Of a stretch of 64,000 nt of DNA, positions 26,465 to 42,964 are shown in pieces. Made by a program: the position numbers and the translations under genes. This stretch comes from Eledone cirrhosa. Taxonomy: Eukaryota. The stretch spans positions 55,056,001-55,120,000 of the forward strand of contig OZ024748.1 in assembly GCA_964016885.1 (NCBI GenBank), given 5' to 3'. Each line of letters begins with the position of its first letter. Within the stretch, counting starts at the first letter, position 1. The notes below the pieces were generated by a model. The model did not search any database. It was not told the DNA's origin and was given only the letters and a program-made list of their open reading frames with translations.

Positions 26465-26740
26465 ACAACAAGTGTTCCAGTTGATCAAAGGAACAGCTTG
26501 CTCGTGAAATTAACGTGCAAGTGGCTGAGCGTTACACAAACACGTGGTTCTGAGGAAGATTCGGCATGGCACAGAATGTGACAAGGCTGGCTCTTCGAAT
26601 CACAGGTACAGCTTATTTTTGCCAGCTGATTGAACTGAAGCAACGTGAAATAAAGTATCTTGCTCAAGAACACAGCGCGATGGTAGGTATCGAACTCATG
26701 ACTTTACGATCGTGATCTGACTTCCCTGACCACAAAGCCA
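26465..26740 (-). mobile_element. SINE family B copy
   Basis: gtgttccagttgatcaa..gtgaaattaacgtgcaagtggctgag..gtgaaataaagtatcttgctcaagaacac..atcgaactc. Confidence 0.8.
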
Positions 26741-27017
26741 GTTAAAATCAAACGGAGCTGAAAACAATTTCCACGAGGAATCAAGGAATTAACCTTCTTA
26801 CAAATGAAAATTTATCTCGATAGAGTTGAGATAAATGTTGCTGATCCACTTGAACCTTCGTTCAGTAAATCTATCTTTCACGCTCTGAAGAAGCTGGTCA
26901 TTTTTTTCGCGTCGATGAAACATTAAGTTATGATCGCGGGAATCCTAATATACCTACAGGTGCATTGCACGCAAAAAGCATTTATACAAAAGTATTAGAG
27001 GTAGATCAGAGAAACTA

Positions 27018-27290
27018 GAAATAAGGTGTCTTGCTTAAGGAGACACCACAGGACAGAGATCCAAACTAAAGACTTTATGTTCATAAGCTGAACACTAAGC
27101 AATGCGAAATAAAGTGTCTTGTTTAAGGACACAACACAGGATAGAGATCCAAACTGAAGACTTTATGTTCATGAGCTGAACAATAAGTAATGCGAAATAA
27201 AGTGTCTTGCTTAAGGATACAACTCACCACAGAGATTCAAGCTGAAGACTTTATGTTCATGAACTGGACACTAACCACTAAGCCATGCAC
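27018..27290 (-). repeat. 3 x 88-bp tandem of the SINE family B head region
   Basis: gaaataa(g/a)gtgtcttg starts at 27018, 27106 and 27194. Confidence 0.85.
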
Positions 27291-27831
27291 ATACAAGAAG
27301 CGGTAGTAGGCTGTGTATTTCAATAGAAGCTTATGGGTGGTCGACAACATAGCTTTGTAGTATTTAATTAGGCTTCTTTATGTCATCGGTTCAAATCACA
27401 GCTCAAGAGCAAGTTTATTGTACATATTTTCTCTCGGACGTGGGATTGGTATTTGACTCTAGTAGCAGCAACAATATTAGGTCAATGTGATGAAGAGAAA
27501 ATTATGGACGGGAGTTGACATATTGCATTTGTATACAATTTAACCGAAGAAAAAATTCTTGTTTGAAAAAAATAATGTAATGTCATGTTTGAACTAGCGA
27601 AAAGTGTGTCTGTATATATATATATTTTTTTTAGGAACACGTGTTGATATTTATATGCCCAGAATATACAAATATATTTGCATACACATATCTACACACA
27701 CACACAAACCATATATAAATATACTTATATCTACACACACGCACATAAACCGTATATATACATATATCTACACACACACACAAACCATATATATACATAT
27801 ATCTACAAACATACACACAAACCATATATAT

Positions 27832-27888
<57 letters not shown>

Positions 27889-29307
27889 AATATATATATA
27901 TACACTCCCTCATACACACGTAAATGTATATATAATTACTTTAGACGCATATTTGTTTTACTAATTAATTTTCTTTTTAACTTGTTCTATTTTGTTTCGT
28001 TCTATATTTACATATATTTAAATCTATTTATTTATATATTTCATAGATTGTTGAGACTGGTAGGAGAGGCAAGTTTAGAGAGGGTTGGTTATTACTTTGC
28101 TATCAGATACAACCATGTGTTTTTCCTTCTTCTTTGAACTGCTATTTAGAAATGAATTGACCCAGTCTGTAGAGTGGCCCATGTCGAAATGAATAACTTT
28201 AGTGAACGCATTGACCTAAGAAGCAATGTTATGTTTTTAAAGAAAAATCCAGAATTAAGTGGATGAGGAATCTTGTTCAATCATTCCATAAAGAAACAAC
28301 CCAGCTCACAAATTTGGGAATATTTTTTTCCTACCCGCTTTCCAATAGTCCTGGACCCCTGAAGAATGTCACGTGTGTTGTCCTTCCCCATGTAACTAAC
28401 TGATGTAAAAAAATATATATATATATATAAAAAATATAAAATAAAAGTAAAACTTCGTTCATATTTCTGTCACCTTTTGTACTTCTGTAACACTCCTAAC
28501 CCAAACATCATCGCCGTGGAAAAGAAACACTGTACTAACTTTTGAAGGAAACCTTTCAAATGTATCATACATGGTCATATCTCAACAGTATTCCTCGTCA
28601 AAAATAGAGAAAATCCCAAATAGTTTACATAATACCCCCAAAATTCGCCTACTCTTTTCAAGACGAGTAACATGCAACAAGAGCCTACAATGATCTCTGC
28701 AAATTCTCGCATGACCTCACTCTCATTGTATTTGCTCTTGTGGAAATATCCTTAACAGCAAAGGTTTATCTCAAACCTCCAGTTTAGATGAGAAAATACT
28801 TGAGGCACAGTAAACTACGCTCATCTAAGCTAAGGAACACTATTGAATCTCATATAAAACAAAGCAACTTCTCTTTTGTTAGTGTCGTTTTTCTTTTCTT
28901 TCCGTTTCTTGTTCCTTTTGGTCGCAAAAAAAAATAATCAGTGTTAAAAACCACTAGGAATATAAAAAGCTAATTTCATATCGGTTGTAACAAAAACTGC
29001 CTTCTTAATTTAGAATTTCGTTTTTCGTTTCATCTTTGCGTTATATTGTTTAGCTTAATGTCGATGTTGAGATGTAACAGACAGAATTAGATGTGAGAAA
29101 AATTACGACTCCACTACACGTTAATGGTCTGTGGCATGGCATTACTGGTATCTCCAAAAGTGACTACACATCCCATTCCTTAGCCCTTCACAAATGTGTG
29201 GACGTGCCTTTAGTTTAGGAGCGGCATATAGTTAATTGATCAGTTAGAAATTATAGTCAAATTCCTTCAAAATAAAATAGCGGTCTTGAAAATAGAAACT
29301 ATATATA

Positions 29308-29500
29308 ATTGTTTCTACTTTTGGGCACAAGGTCAGCAATTATCCCAGTGCATTACTGCTACTTTATTTTATCGACCCCCGTAAGGATGAAAGGCAAAGT
29401 TAACCTCGGCGGGATTTGAACTCAGGCCATAAAGGACCGTAACTCTATGCCCCAAAGCATCGCGTCCGACCCTCTACCGATACTGCCAATCTACCGCCCT
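29308..29500 (-). mobile_element. SINE family A full-length copy
   Basis: Near-identical to the 21863 copy; atagaaa(c/t)tatatataat on both sides. Confidence 0.9.
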
Positions 29501-29997
29501 TAGATGTACATTATATATAGAAATTATATATAATGTAGGTCGAAACATACGATCCAATGGGATGGTCAGGCCTGGAAGCCATTTGTTAATTAATCCTGTC
29601 TGCTCATTCACGCCTAATCGGAGAGAAAAGCACGACAACAAAAACCATTATTTTAAAGAAAGAAGAAATTGGAAGAAGTTACCGTCATTCTTTTCCCCAG
29701 GGCAATAAACGGCGTTTATGATATATAATATTGTAAAAAAAAAAGCGAGACCTGAAATCTGTGTTACCCCTTGTTTTTACTACACACGCCCCAGATGTAA
29801 AATAATTTGATACAAAAGTTTGAGCTATTTTCAAAGAGGGGAGGGGGATAAAAATTTTAAAGCAAACAATCTTGAACATTAGCAAGTATTTCGACCACAC
29901 ACAAATATATAATAGATACTATGTTTGGCTATATACGAAATATTCATCAAATATTCCCAAATTCAAATAGCACACATAGAATAAAACCTCTCTGCAT

Positions 29998-30119
<122 letters not shown>

Positions 30120-30352
30120 CTGTGAGTGTGTGCGTGTGTGTATGGAAATACTAAGATGTAACATGAAACCTTATGTTTAACTCATAAAATTGAGGTAAAA
30201 AATGAGTCGACTCGTCATTGCAATATATCTATGTCATTAGTTAAGCATAAACTCAGACACGTATACACTCTCATACACACACTCATACACACATTCATAC
30301 ACACTCATACACACACACGCATACACACACATAAAATTGCATGCATACATAC

Positions 30353-30402
<50 letters not shown>

Positions 30403-31882
30403 GTATACAAACATACGTACGTACACACACAGACATAATGTATTTTGTAGACATGTATGTGTAAATGTGTGATTATATGACAGAGTTTAAGAAGTTTGCT
30501 TCGCCATCTTGAGGTCGTGAGTTTGATCCCATTGCGTTACTTTTGGGCAAATGTCTTTACCATAAATTTGAGTTAACCCAAGCCTTGCGAGTGTTATTTT
30601 ATCAACGAAAACTTGCGTGGTAACCCAACAGGATGGTTTTATCTGTAAATCAAAGATACGGCGTTGTCACATATTGTATTCTCCTGATTGATCTAGGGAA
30701 TTACGTTTAGGGTATGTGTATTTATGGAATACTCAACCACCTACACTTTAACTCATTACTTGGACCTTCAATTAATCTAATAATTAAAGGCTCATCGTCG
30801 ACATCTATGGAGGGCCATCAACTATTCATACGGAGCATTTAAATTCATATTCGATCTTCCAATAAACGCCCTGTTCATAATATATTTTGCATCTCCTTTG
30901 ACTTTTTAGTTTGTTAGAAGTCATTGAAGCTATAGTATTTTCAGTTGAGGATCAGTCGCTATTCTGAACTGAGGTATACAAGTCAAGCCCTTATCCAGCA
31001 GACATATGATCAATGGTTTTCTAGTCGTAGCTATCCTCGTTTTTATTCAGTAACTCTGGGTAAAGAGAAAATAGTAAAGATATCCGTTGGTCATGAATGG
31101 CTATGGGATTTGCACGTAGAAAGATCCCCCCTGCGACTCAAGCCCAGGCAAGGTGTTTTTGTACAAGACAGGTAATCCCCTATGCATTCCCTCCCAAGGC
31201 CGCCGATATTGTTTAAGACAAATGCAAAGTAGAATATAGCTAGGTACCAAAGACAACCTAAATTATTTCTGCAGCTGAGTGAACTGGAGCATCGTGAAAG
31301 ACAACAGCAATTGCCCCGTTCGACAATCGAACTCAAAATCTCACAATTGTGAATCCTACAGTGCAACCACAAAGCCACCCCCTTCTCCACTCTGTCTACG
31401 ACACACACGCACATCGACGCGCACAAACGGACGCACACACATACGCACACACAAAGGGAAAATCTAGTGTCTAATTTCTGAGAGCTTTATGCTATGTCCA
31501 GCAGATTGTCTGACCTAGTAAGGACTCCATTGTTGCATCACAACTTTGAAATATAAATGTGTATTATATATAATTGGACATCGTTTTATCTGAAAAACAT
31601 AAATATTAGTTTTGTGCACCATTTATGTCCTGATGTGATTGAACAAGTCAATGAAGGCTCGTGACTTTGTGGTTAGGTTATCCGGGTTACGATGGTAAAG
31701 ATTTGTGTCAGACACTGCGTCATGCTGGAACCCCCCGAGAACTACGTTAAGGGTGTACGTACCTATGAAATACTTAGCAACTTGCATGCTATGCATTTTG
31801 GTTGAACAATTGGAACACACGACGTTGAAACCGATTTATTATGTCACAACAGCGCCCTTACACGTCTACCAGAAGTTACGAG

Positions 31883-31943
<61 letters not shown>

Positions 31944-32167
31944 GAACATGGCTACTGGTCGGATTCATTCTCAGGCTCACAACATACAAGAGAAATAGAG
32001 TACAAAAAACAAATGTGCAACTATGCACAAAAAAGGAGGTATAGTCGGAGAAAATAGTGAATGAAAAACTGCAAAAAAAAAAAAATGACCGTAGAGTTTT
32101 ATTTAAACCGTATGCCAGATCAGAAGCATGGTTCAAATATTGAACCATGCCTCATCCATGCTTATAT

Positions 32168-32204
<37 letters not shown>

Positions 32205-32275
32205 ACAAAGAAGGTGTGGTAAGATACCAGGTGAACCATAACGCACCAGAGTACTCGATATGTTGTTACCTGAAT

Positions 32276-32330
32276 GGCTGATAAACAAAGCAACAACAAC
32301 AACAGCTTGCTTCAGGAAACTACAAGTACC
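32276..32330 (+). ncRNA. Decayed hammerhead-like motif between (TA)n tracts
   Basis: gg CTGATAA ..aagcaa..ttgctt.. GAAA c tacaa GTA cc; G8 position mutated. Confidence 0.35.
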
Positions 32331-32357
32331 TAGGTCGGTATACGCCATTTTGCCACC

Positions 32358-32433
<76 letters not shown>

Positions 32434-32932
32434 CTACACTTTATCTTAGCATTTGACTATTTTTTCTGTCCGGATAATCAGTTCTCTATCTATCTAAATC
32501 TAATTGTCTGGCATTTTTTCTGTTCCTCTCTAAACTCTCACTATTCTCATCCAGTAAATCTCCACAACCCCCCTCTCTCTCTCCAGCGGTCTCTCTCTCT
32601 CTCTGTGTCTCAAAGAACCTTACACTTGTCTCATGTTACCCGCTCACACCGTTTCTTTGGTTCGGTCTGCCACCTCCTTCCCCCCATCCCACTCTTTCAG
32701 TACTTATATCTCTTTCATGACCTTAATATACCACTCTCTCTCTCCCTCTCTTTCTCTCACACACACTTTGTATGTTTCCCTCTAATAGTCTCAACCCCTC
32801 TCTCTATATGTAAATACATATATGTGTGTGTGAATGATTATATATATATATATATATATAAAGATGGTAAATTATAAAGATTGGGGGCATATATATATAA
32901 AGCCCCCAGAGTGCTATGTCCATGTATATATA

Positions 32933-32972
<40 letters not shown>

Positions 32973-33728
32973 CCACCCACTCTCTTTATAATTCAGCATC
33001 TCTGTCTTTCTTTATCGGTTTCATTAACCCCCCCCCCCCATCCTTCCCATTATCTATGTCTGTGCTCATCGTATTTTTCTCTCCCTCTCTCCCTCCCTGT
33101 CTCTTTGTCTTCAACACTTATCCATATCTCCGTTCCCCCTCTCCGTCTGTCTCATTCTCTCTCTCTTTCTGTCATTGGTTTACTGAGATATGAAGCAGAC
33201 TAACAAACATTAAAATACATCAAATATTAAAAAAAATATAAATATATACGTATAAATACAATAAGATAAGAGTAAAAAATAAAAAAATATATAAGAATAA
33301 TATAATAAAATAATGAAAATATAGAAAAAAATCTAATATTGAAATAATATAAACAATATAAAACAATATAGAAAAATAAAATGAAATACTAAAAATGAAA
33401 TAAAATATGAAAATAAAAACAAAGAAAAAAAGTCGTCCTTTACAAAAATTACAAAACAAAATAACAAAACTTAGTCTAAGCAACACGGAAAAGCTATTTT
33501 GAAGGGTTCAAGTTATTTCCCAGCTGTGGGATATAAGCTATCGTCACCGTTGTTTGTTTCTGTCAGGGGCACTTTTCCATCGACGATTAACCCCTAAACT
33601 TCATATGAAATTCAGTAATTTGATAGGTGTCCTCGTTTAGTTAAGGTTCAGTTCCGTTAATGACCCACTTCAACTAAAGCAGAACGTCAGATTCATGTGA
33701 CGGTATGTGTATTTCTATATGTATGCAT

Positions 33729-33808
<80 letters not shown>

Positions 33809-33947
33809 CTATGTATGCATGCAAGCATGGAAAAATTGGGTATAAAAATGTGTGATATATCCGTATGTGGTTGATGGCCGAGAGAAATGTGTACTCAATA
33901 TTGGAGTAGAGTTTAAATATTCATTTTCTCAAGGCTGAGTAGTGAGC

Positions 33948-33995
33948 CTTGTTTCTCTGGAGTTTTACCTGCTTCTCACAGGGTCATCAGACAAG
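33948..33995 (-). ncRNA. Decayed hammerhead motif (two core substitutions)
   Basis: cttgt CTGATGA c cctg tgagaag cagg t AAAA ctc ca gag AA acaag; all three stems intact, G12 and U16.1 changed to A. Confidence 0.55.
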
Positions 33996-34006
33996 AAATA
34001 TGTAGC

Positions 34007-34269
<263 letters not shown>

Positions 34270-36444
34270 CCACCTAACTCGTCCCATGGACTCAGTGCTC
34301 TACCACTACGGATATTACCTTCCAGTGTTCTACCTATATATATATATATATACAAATATATATATATATTCTCTCGTTTTTTCCTTCCCCAATAATCTCC
34401 AAAAGTTATTGACGCACTGGAGTTAGACATATTGTCTTTAATGCGTTGAAATGTCTGTGATCTCCAGTAGACAACTGAAGAAGGGATCCCCCCCCCCTGT
34501 GTGTGCTTCTTTTATTTTTAAATACACTACACACACACACATACTCGCACAAACACACAGATATATAAATATGTATAAACACAATGAGGAAAGAGTCTTT
34601 GTCTTAAATTTAATTTTACATCTCTATGAACGTGTAAGTGTATGATAGGTTTTTTATTTTAAGTTGTTATACGTTTTGTATGTGTATGTATATGTTAGTG
34701 TATGTTTGCTTCCACCCAAACCACTGCGTCCTTGTTCTGTATATGAGTAATCACATATTATTTGATTCTTTTGATGGATTCAATAATTGGAGTGCAATCA
34801 TCTTGAGGAAAAGTCTTATATACACACAAACATATATATAAGCAAATCTCCGCACTTCAAAAATAAAAACAACGCCCCACCAATAAAATATGCCATCTAT
34901 CTGCTACTTAATAGACATGCTGACCATGGCTAATTTCTTCGGACTGGTCTCTTTTAAGTCTCTATAATTGTTTAAGAACATGGTAAAAAGTCTCCTACCA
35001 TCACAAAACCAGAGGAGTACATTATATAATATAACACTAGATATCTCTAAGATGGCATTAGCAAGAGATTCTCGTGTCATAGAGACCTTAATTTACTTTG
35101 AGAATTATCTGCTATTCACATTAGTTTCACTATTTTTGTTGTCACCAACAAGAACCCTCCTCTGCTATTCTTTCGTTTAAAATATGATTGTTTCTACTTT
35201 TGGCACAAGGCCAGCAATTACCCCAGTGCATGCTAGAGAAGTGGTAATCTGTGCTACACTGTCTTTCAAAACTCCAACATGAGCTGAGCTGACCTTCTCA
35301 GCACTACCAACGTAAAAGTTTAACGCAAGACAACATTCAAAGATCATCTTTGCTTAATTTTCGAACAGGTGTAGCTGTTTCATTATTTAAAAAGCTTACG
35401 TATTTCCTAGGGTAGATTTAACCAATATCAATGAGATTCATAATTAAAAGAGATTTAAATTATCTCCTCTTGAATCGTCTCATTGCTTCGGTTTGTCTGC
35501 TGCCGGCTTCACTATAGGAGATAATTTTATTTCACGGTCAATGTCAATTTGTAAATATCCACACTCATCTGTCACTAACAATGATATTACCCATGCCACA
35601 TGATTAACTTGCTTAGCAGTAGCAATTTGTAGTTTTTATACCACGGGCGTGACAAATACAAGATCGTTGATTTATAAAATGTTTCGTATCAGCATCCTCA
35701 ATGTTTGTATGTTTTCCAACTGTTACACGCTACATTGCGCCAACAATTGATGTTCTCGAATTTGCATCCACATAATGTTTAAAAAAAAATACTTGAGCTG
35801 GTCCTTAGATTTGCGTATGACTGAAAACATTTGCTTCATGATAACATACTTTTCATAATTTCTAGCAACTATAACGTCACTTTCTAAGGACATTATAAGA
35901 TTTAATTTCAGGTTTATAGAAAGGCTCATAAGCTTCTTTGGATTAGTAATCCCACTCAACGAAATTCTTTAAAATACAATGTCTAAAGAAGCTTAATCTC
36001 TGAAATATTAGCAAAGATTGAGTGGTAACATAACTCACAATTGATAATTAATGAAGATAACAGAAGTAGAAAATTACAGTTACATATTTAAATCAGATTT
36101 TGATCTGCCTGTCCGGCATAACGAGAGAATGTTTTAATGAAAGTACTCAACACGTATGTATAGGTAAATATACAGAACTTAGGAACACTCAATGAAAAAT
36201 ATCGACAAACAAACAAATAGAAACATGTGATAAGGAGATCGGTAGGCAAGGAGACAAGAAAAGATGGGGCCATGTTGTAATATAGAGAGAGTAAGAGATA
36301 TATAGGAAGGGATGACATATATATAGATATATACAGGAGAGGGGACGAAAGAGAAAGAGATGAAAATAATTTGTATTAGAAATAGATTCAGATACAGAAG
36401 AAAATAGAGTTTTTAAATGAAAGGGTAACGGGTGTAGAGTACCG

Positions 36445-36478
<34 letters not shown>

Positions 36479-36518
36479 TATACATAATATATATATACAC
36501 ACACATGCATATATACAC

Positions 36519-36564
<46 letters not shown>

Positions 36565-36567
<3 letters not shown>

Positions 36568-36621
36568 GGTGTCCAAAAAATGTATTCATATATTTATTAG
36601 AATGCTTTTTAGGACACCCTG
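36565..36621. mobile_element. 57-bp Tc1/mariner mini-MITE
   Basis: TA|cagggtgtcc...ggacaccctg|TA. Confidence 0.8.
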
Positions 36622-36707
36622 TATGTGTGTGAGTGTATGCTTATATATATATATACATACACGTATGCCTACACACACACACATATATATACATACACAC
36701 ATGTATG

Positions 36708-36756
<49 letters not shown>

Positions 36757-38315
36757 CCTTATATACATATATATATATATATACACATCTATATATATTT
36801 AAATACATACACCCACATACATATACATGCATATACATTCACACGCATATATTACATCCTACTGTTTTCTACCCTCTGTATATTTCTCCCCCCTCTCTCT
36901 CGCTCCCCCTCTCTCTGACAGCTTTCGCCCAACCCCTTTTCTCTGTTCACCTTTTTTTATTTTGTGTCTTTTTCTTGATCTTATATCCCTCTAACTCCAC
37001 CTATTCCCCTTCCTACCTCACCACATTCCTGTTGATTTATGATCTTTCTAATGACTCATCTCTCCAAAGTTATTCACCAGAACATCTTTACGCGATCAAA
37101 TGCCACACACAAACCAGTCCAAGTTTATAGAAAAAAAATACAAGCAGAGTGCAATAAACAAAAAATAATAATTAACCGAAACTTAAAAGTAAAGAATACT
37201 GTTTCAATGTACTCAAGAACTATGGGGCAAAGTCACAGACACTAGTTGGGGTGGAGGGCATTTTTTAGTAGTACGTTGACGGGGTGAATATGGTGTTGAT
37301 TTTGTTGTTGTTTTAGTTGTTTAAATATTTCTTTATTTTTTTCTTCGATGATGTTAAGCAGTAAGTTAACATTGTTTGATTAAATCGAAGGAGTTCAATC
37401 CCTGGAAGTACATTATTCAGTTGTATTTCTAAGTTTTTTTTCTAAAGGTATTATGGCGTAACGTGAGGAACATTTTGCTGCTAGTTTTACAAATCGTGCA
37501 AACACAACGGCACTATTTTCAATATTCTTTAGCAATACTACAGACATAAGAATGATTATGTAGGTGGGTGGATTGTTTAAATGCCCCATTAGCCTCGTTC
37601 TTGAATTGGCAATGAAGTAATTCGTTTGTAGCAATTGATAATTTATTGTGTTTCAGTATTTACAGCTAATAATTTGGTTTCTTTTGATTATATCGGAGTG
37701 AGGGAAAACAATTATAATTTACGATATGACCAATATAAATAGACTTTCAGAAACCACAGAAGATCTTTTGACACACATTTTTTAAAGTATATCTAGTTCT
37801 AAATCACAACAATATCAGCAGCTATAACATCATATGGAAGATATATTCAGGCTAGCGTTGGTTGGAATCTTCATATGTCGGTAATATATATATATATATA
37901 CTTAAAGTATTATAAAATGTATAATACTAAAACGTAACATACAGAAGGCACACACAAATCAAAATATTTTCAATTGTTAGCGCACATCCCATGTACAACG
38001 TTCTTGTTAAAAGAGATTTCTCTTGAAATGTTTCTAATTACATCACAGAATAACTTTGAAGGAATTAAATAAAATGCTTTAAATGAATTAAATGCTTTGA
38101 ATGAATTAAATAAAATGCTTTAAATAAAAATAAAAGGTTTTCTAGTGATAACGTGCATTTAATGTATGATAGACCACCAGTGACCTGTTGGGTCACATTC
38201 ACTTGAAAATATTTTTTGTAAATCATGGTCACTTAAAAATAGTTCTTAAATAATTAAAATATACAGACATGTATATTATGTGAAATGAAACTGGAAGGCC
38301 CATATATAAATGTAT

Positions 38316-38410
<95 letters not shown>

Positions 38411-38495
38411 AAAGTTATATTTAAATTGTTGGGTTAACAACGAGTAAATATTTATAACTGATATAAAAGCACTCAACAAGTATTTGGAGTATATT

Positions 38496-38769
38496 TATGA
38501 TATTAAATAAATGGAAACTATATTTATAAAACCATATTTATTTCGTTATATATATTTCAGGGATATCATATTAACAATATGTTATGCCGTCTTCAGACAA
38601 AATACAATATAAACAGTCTTATAAACTGTCAATATAAACAGTCTTATAAGACTGTTTATATTGTATCTTGTCTGAAGACGGCATAACATATTGTTAATAT
38701 GATATCCCTGAAATATATATAACGAAATAAATATGGTTTTATAAATATAGTTTCCATTTATTTAATATC

Positions 38770-38772
<3 letters not shown>
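38496..38772. repeat. About 277-bp palindrome next to (TA)n with mirror hammerhead-like motifs
   Basis: Arms nearly identical; centre gtcttataagac; local duplication of caatataaacagtcttataa. Confidence 0.92.
38670..38723 (+). ncRNA. Hammerhead-like motif (identical mirror at 38545-38598 on -)
   Basis: gt CTGAAGA [cgg..catatt gtt aatatg..ccct] GAAA tatata TA ac, then AATAAA; stem I only 2 bp. Confidence 0.5.
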
Positions 38773-38802
<30 letters not shown>

Positions 38803-38817
38803 ATATATATTATATAT

Positions 38818-38990
38818 AATTGTTTCTACTTTTGGCACAATGCCAGCAATTATTTCATTGCATAACTGGTACTTTATTTTATCGACCCCGTAAGGATGAA
38901 AGGCCAAGTTAACCTCGGCGGGATTTGGTAAAAAGACTGTAATTCTATGCTGCAAAGCATGGGGTCCGACCTTCAGTCAATACTGCCAAA
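38818..38990 (-). mobile_element. SINE family A copy
   Basis: Core motif present. Confidence 0.88.
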
Positions 38991-39901
38991 GTGCTAAACA
39001 ATGAATAAAGTAAACAAAGCTTCGTATTAATCAATATATTGTTACGATCGTGTCTGAGTGCAAATTATCGATGTACAGTCATATATATACATTAATACTC
39101 AAATATACAGAGACTCTGTAGCCCAGAAATATATATTTTAAAATAAGTAACAATATCTTTTGGCACATATCACATTTTCTCCCATCCCTTCTTTTCTACT
39201 CTTTCATCCTCTTTAGCCTTCTCTACAGAATGTGGAAAGGGAGACAATTCCCAAACAAAATGGCCAGATTGGTTTCAAATGAATACGGGAAAATAAGTAG
39301 AGTTGAGTTTAATATAAATTACTGTTTTATTCAGCAAAATAAACGCTACTATTACTTGTCAGGTGGGATAAGAAACAATTTACATTTTTTGTGCGTGTTA
39401 GTTCTCTAATTTCTAAGTACAACCTGGCCACACACAGAGACAACTTTCGTTTATATATATATATATACATGCATGTCTGCGGGAATAAAACTATGCGTAG
39501 ATCTTGGTATAGGCATGTGTGTCTACGCTTTCCACGTGTCTGTATTTACTGCATCCGAAATTGCAATGATATACAGAAAAGTAATTATAAACACCTGGTT
39601 TATTTGAATTAGAATCTCTCTCTTTCTCTCTCTCTCTCTCTTTCTTTCTCTCTCTCTCTCTCTCTCTCTCACTTTTTCTTTCTCTCTCTCTCCATCTCTC
39701 ATTCACACACACCCACCCTCTCCTTCTCCACACATTTCCCCGTACGTATTTAACTGCATATCCCTCTTACGCGTCATTCAAATTTATGTAATATATATTT
39801 TATTCATTAATATTAAGTGTAAAGTAAAAACATAAGGATAAACATCATTATTAATTGAACGATTTCTTATACCAATTACAAGAACCTCACATTGCATGGT
39901 G

Positions 39902-41490
<1,589 letters not shown>

Positions 41491-41498
41491 AATATATA

Positions 41499-42310
41499 TC
41501 TGTATATATATAAAATTAAGTCTGTGTGTGTGTCTGTGTATTACCTATAGGGCCTACATCTTACGACCGATTTTCATGAAACTTTACATGCTCATAGATT
41601 AGTCATTGGGGAGTGTTTTCTATATATCAGCGTATCGTGTTTTTATTCCGGGCTCATTCTGCAGATAAATATCGATAGAGGGGGCGGGGGGCACCTTTTT
41701 TAGGTGTCGAAAAATATGATTTTTGGCTCTAGCTCCCACATTTTGCCACCGATTTCGTTCAAATTTTAAAGCAAAATAGAATTTATCATTGCACATCCTG
41801 TGGTTTTATATGGCTTTATATTTTGCATTTGTTGTTCAGGGACGGCGTGGCAGCTGCTTAAATATTAAAAAATACCACTCTGAGACTTAAATTTCCACTT
41901 TTTCGGCTCTAGCTCCCACATTAATCAAACTACATTGTTCAAATTAACACTACGCTAGATCTGAGGATTGCACCTCTTTCCATGCCTTTACATTTGAAAT
42001 TTTTGTTCAAGAACGTCGTGGCAGCCGCTTAAATATTCGAAAGTACCACCTTTTCGCTCAAATTTCGGCCTTTTAAGCTCTAGCTCCCACATTTTTCAAC
42101 CGATTTCGTTCAAATTCGAACTTCCTCCTCCAGCATGCCCCTTCGTCAGTCACCAGCGATTCTCAGTGATAGAGGTCACCACCTCCCTCCCCCGCATGGG
42201 CTGTGTGTGGCCATAGATGAGTCATCGAGAAGCAGTTGCTAAGATCAACATCTTTTCATCAAAGCAGATATTATTTTATCTACCCAGGCAACGGTGGGTA
42301 TTGCTGCTAG
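41499..42310 (+). mobile_element. Non-autonomous Helitron
   Basis: A|TC 5' end; 3' hairpin tacccaggcaacggtgggta then CTAG|T; three internal about 175-bp subrepeats (gctctagctcccaca at 41726, 41906, 42077). Confidence 0.8.
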
Positions 42311-42478
42311 TATATATATATACACCTACATAACTATATATATATATATATATATATATACATAACTATATATATATATATATACCTACATAACCATATA
42401 TATATATATATATAGTTATGTAGGTATATATATATATATATATATATAGTTATAGTTATGTAGATATCTACATAACTA

Positions 42479-42678
42479 NNNNNNNNNNNNNNNNNNNNNN
42501 NNNNNNNNNNNNNNNNNNNNNNNNNNNNNNNNNNNNNNNNNNNNNNNNNNNNNNNNNNNNNNNNNNNNNNNNNNNNNNNNNNNNNNNNNNNNNNNNNNNN
42601 NNNNNNNNNNNNNNNNNNNNNNNNNNNNNNNNNNNNNNNNNNNNNNNNNNNNNNNNNNNNNNNNNNNNNNNNNNNNNN
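42479..42678. other. Assembly gap (200 N)
   Basis: Run of N. Confidence 1.
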
Positions 42679-42869
42679 TATTTACAAGAAACAAAATAAG
42701 AATAAGATTTAATAATTTAATTTTGATTTGATATATTACAAAAAATAATGTTTTCCAATTTTTCATGCATTACATTTTACATGAGTAATATTGAAATGTA
42801 GAGTTTTTCTCTATAAATTATATCACTGATTTAAGATCAATCATTATTTTCTTACTAAAAAAAAAAAAA

Positions 42870-42904
42870 GTGTGAAACGAAGCAAGGTGCGGGTAATTCG
42901 GCTA

Positions 42905-42905
<1 letters not shown>
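42870..42905 (+). mobile_element. Second Helitron 3' terminus (another at about 47950-47980)
   Basis: gcaaggtgcgggtaattcggCTAG|T; atccggacatggccaggtacggccgCTAG|T. Confidence 0.55.

Positions 42906-42964
<59 letters not shown>

Noticed and set aside
35480-36000. Host exon(s) on - strand
   Set aside because: Stops and frame breaks soon after the acceptor-like site; probably a decayed TE that I cannot assign
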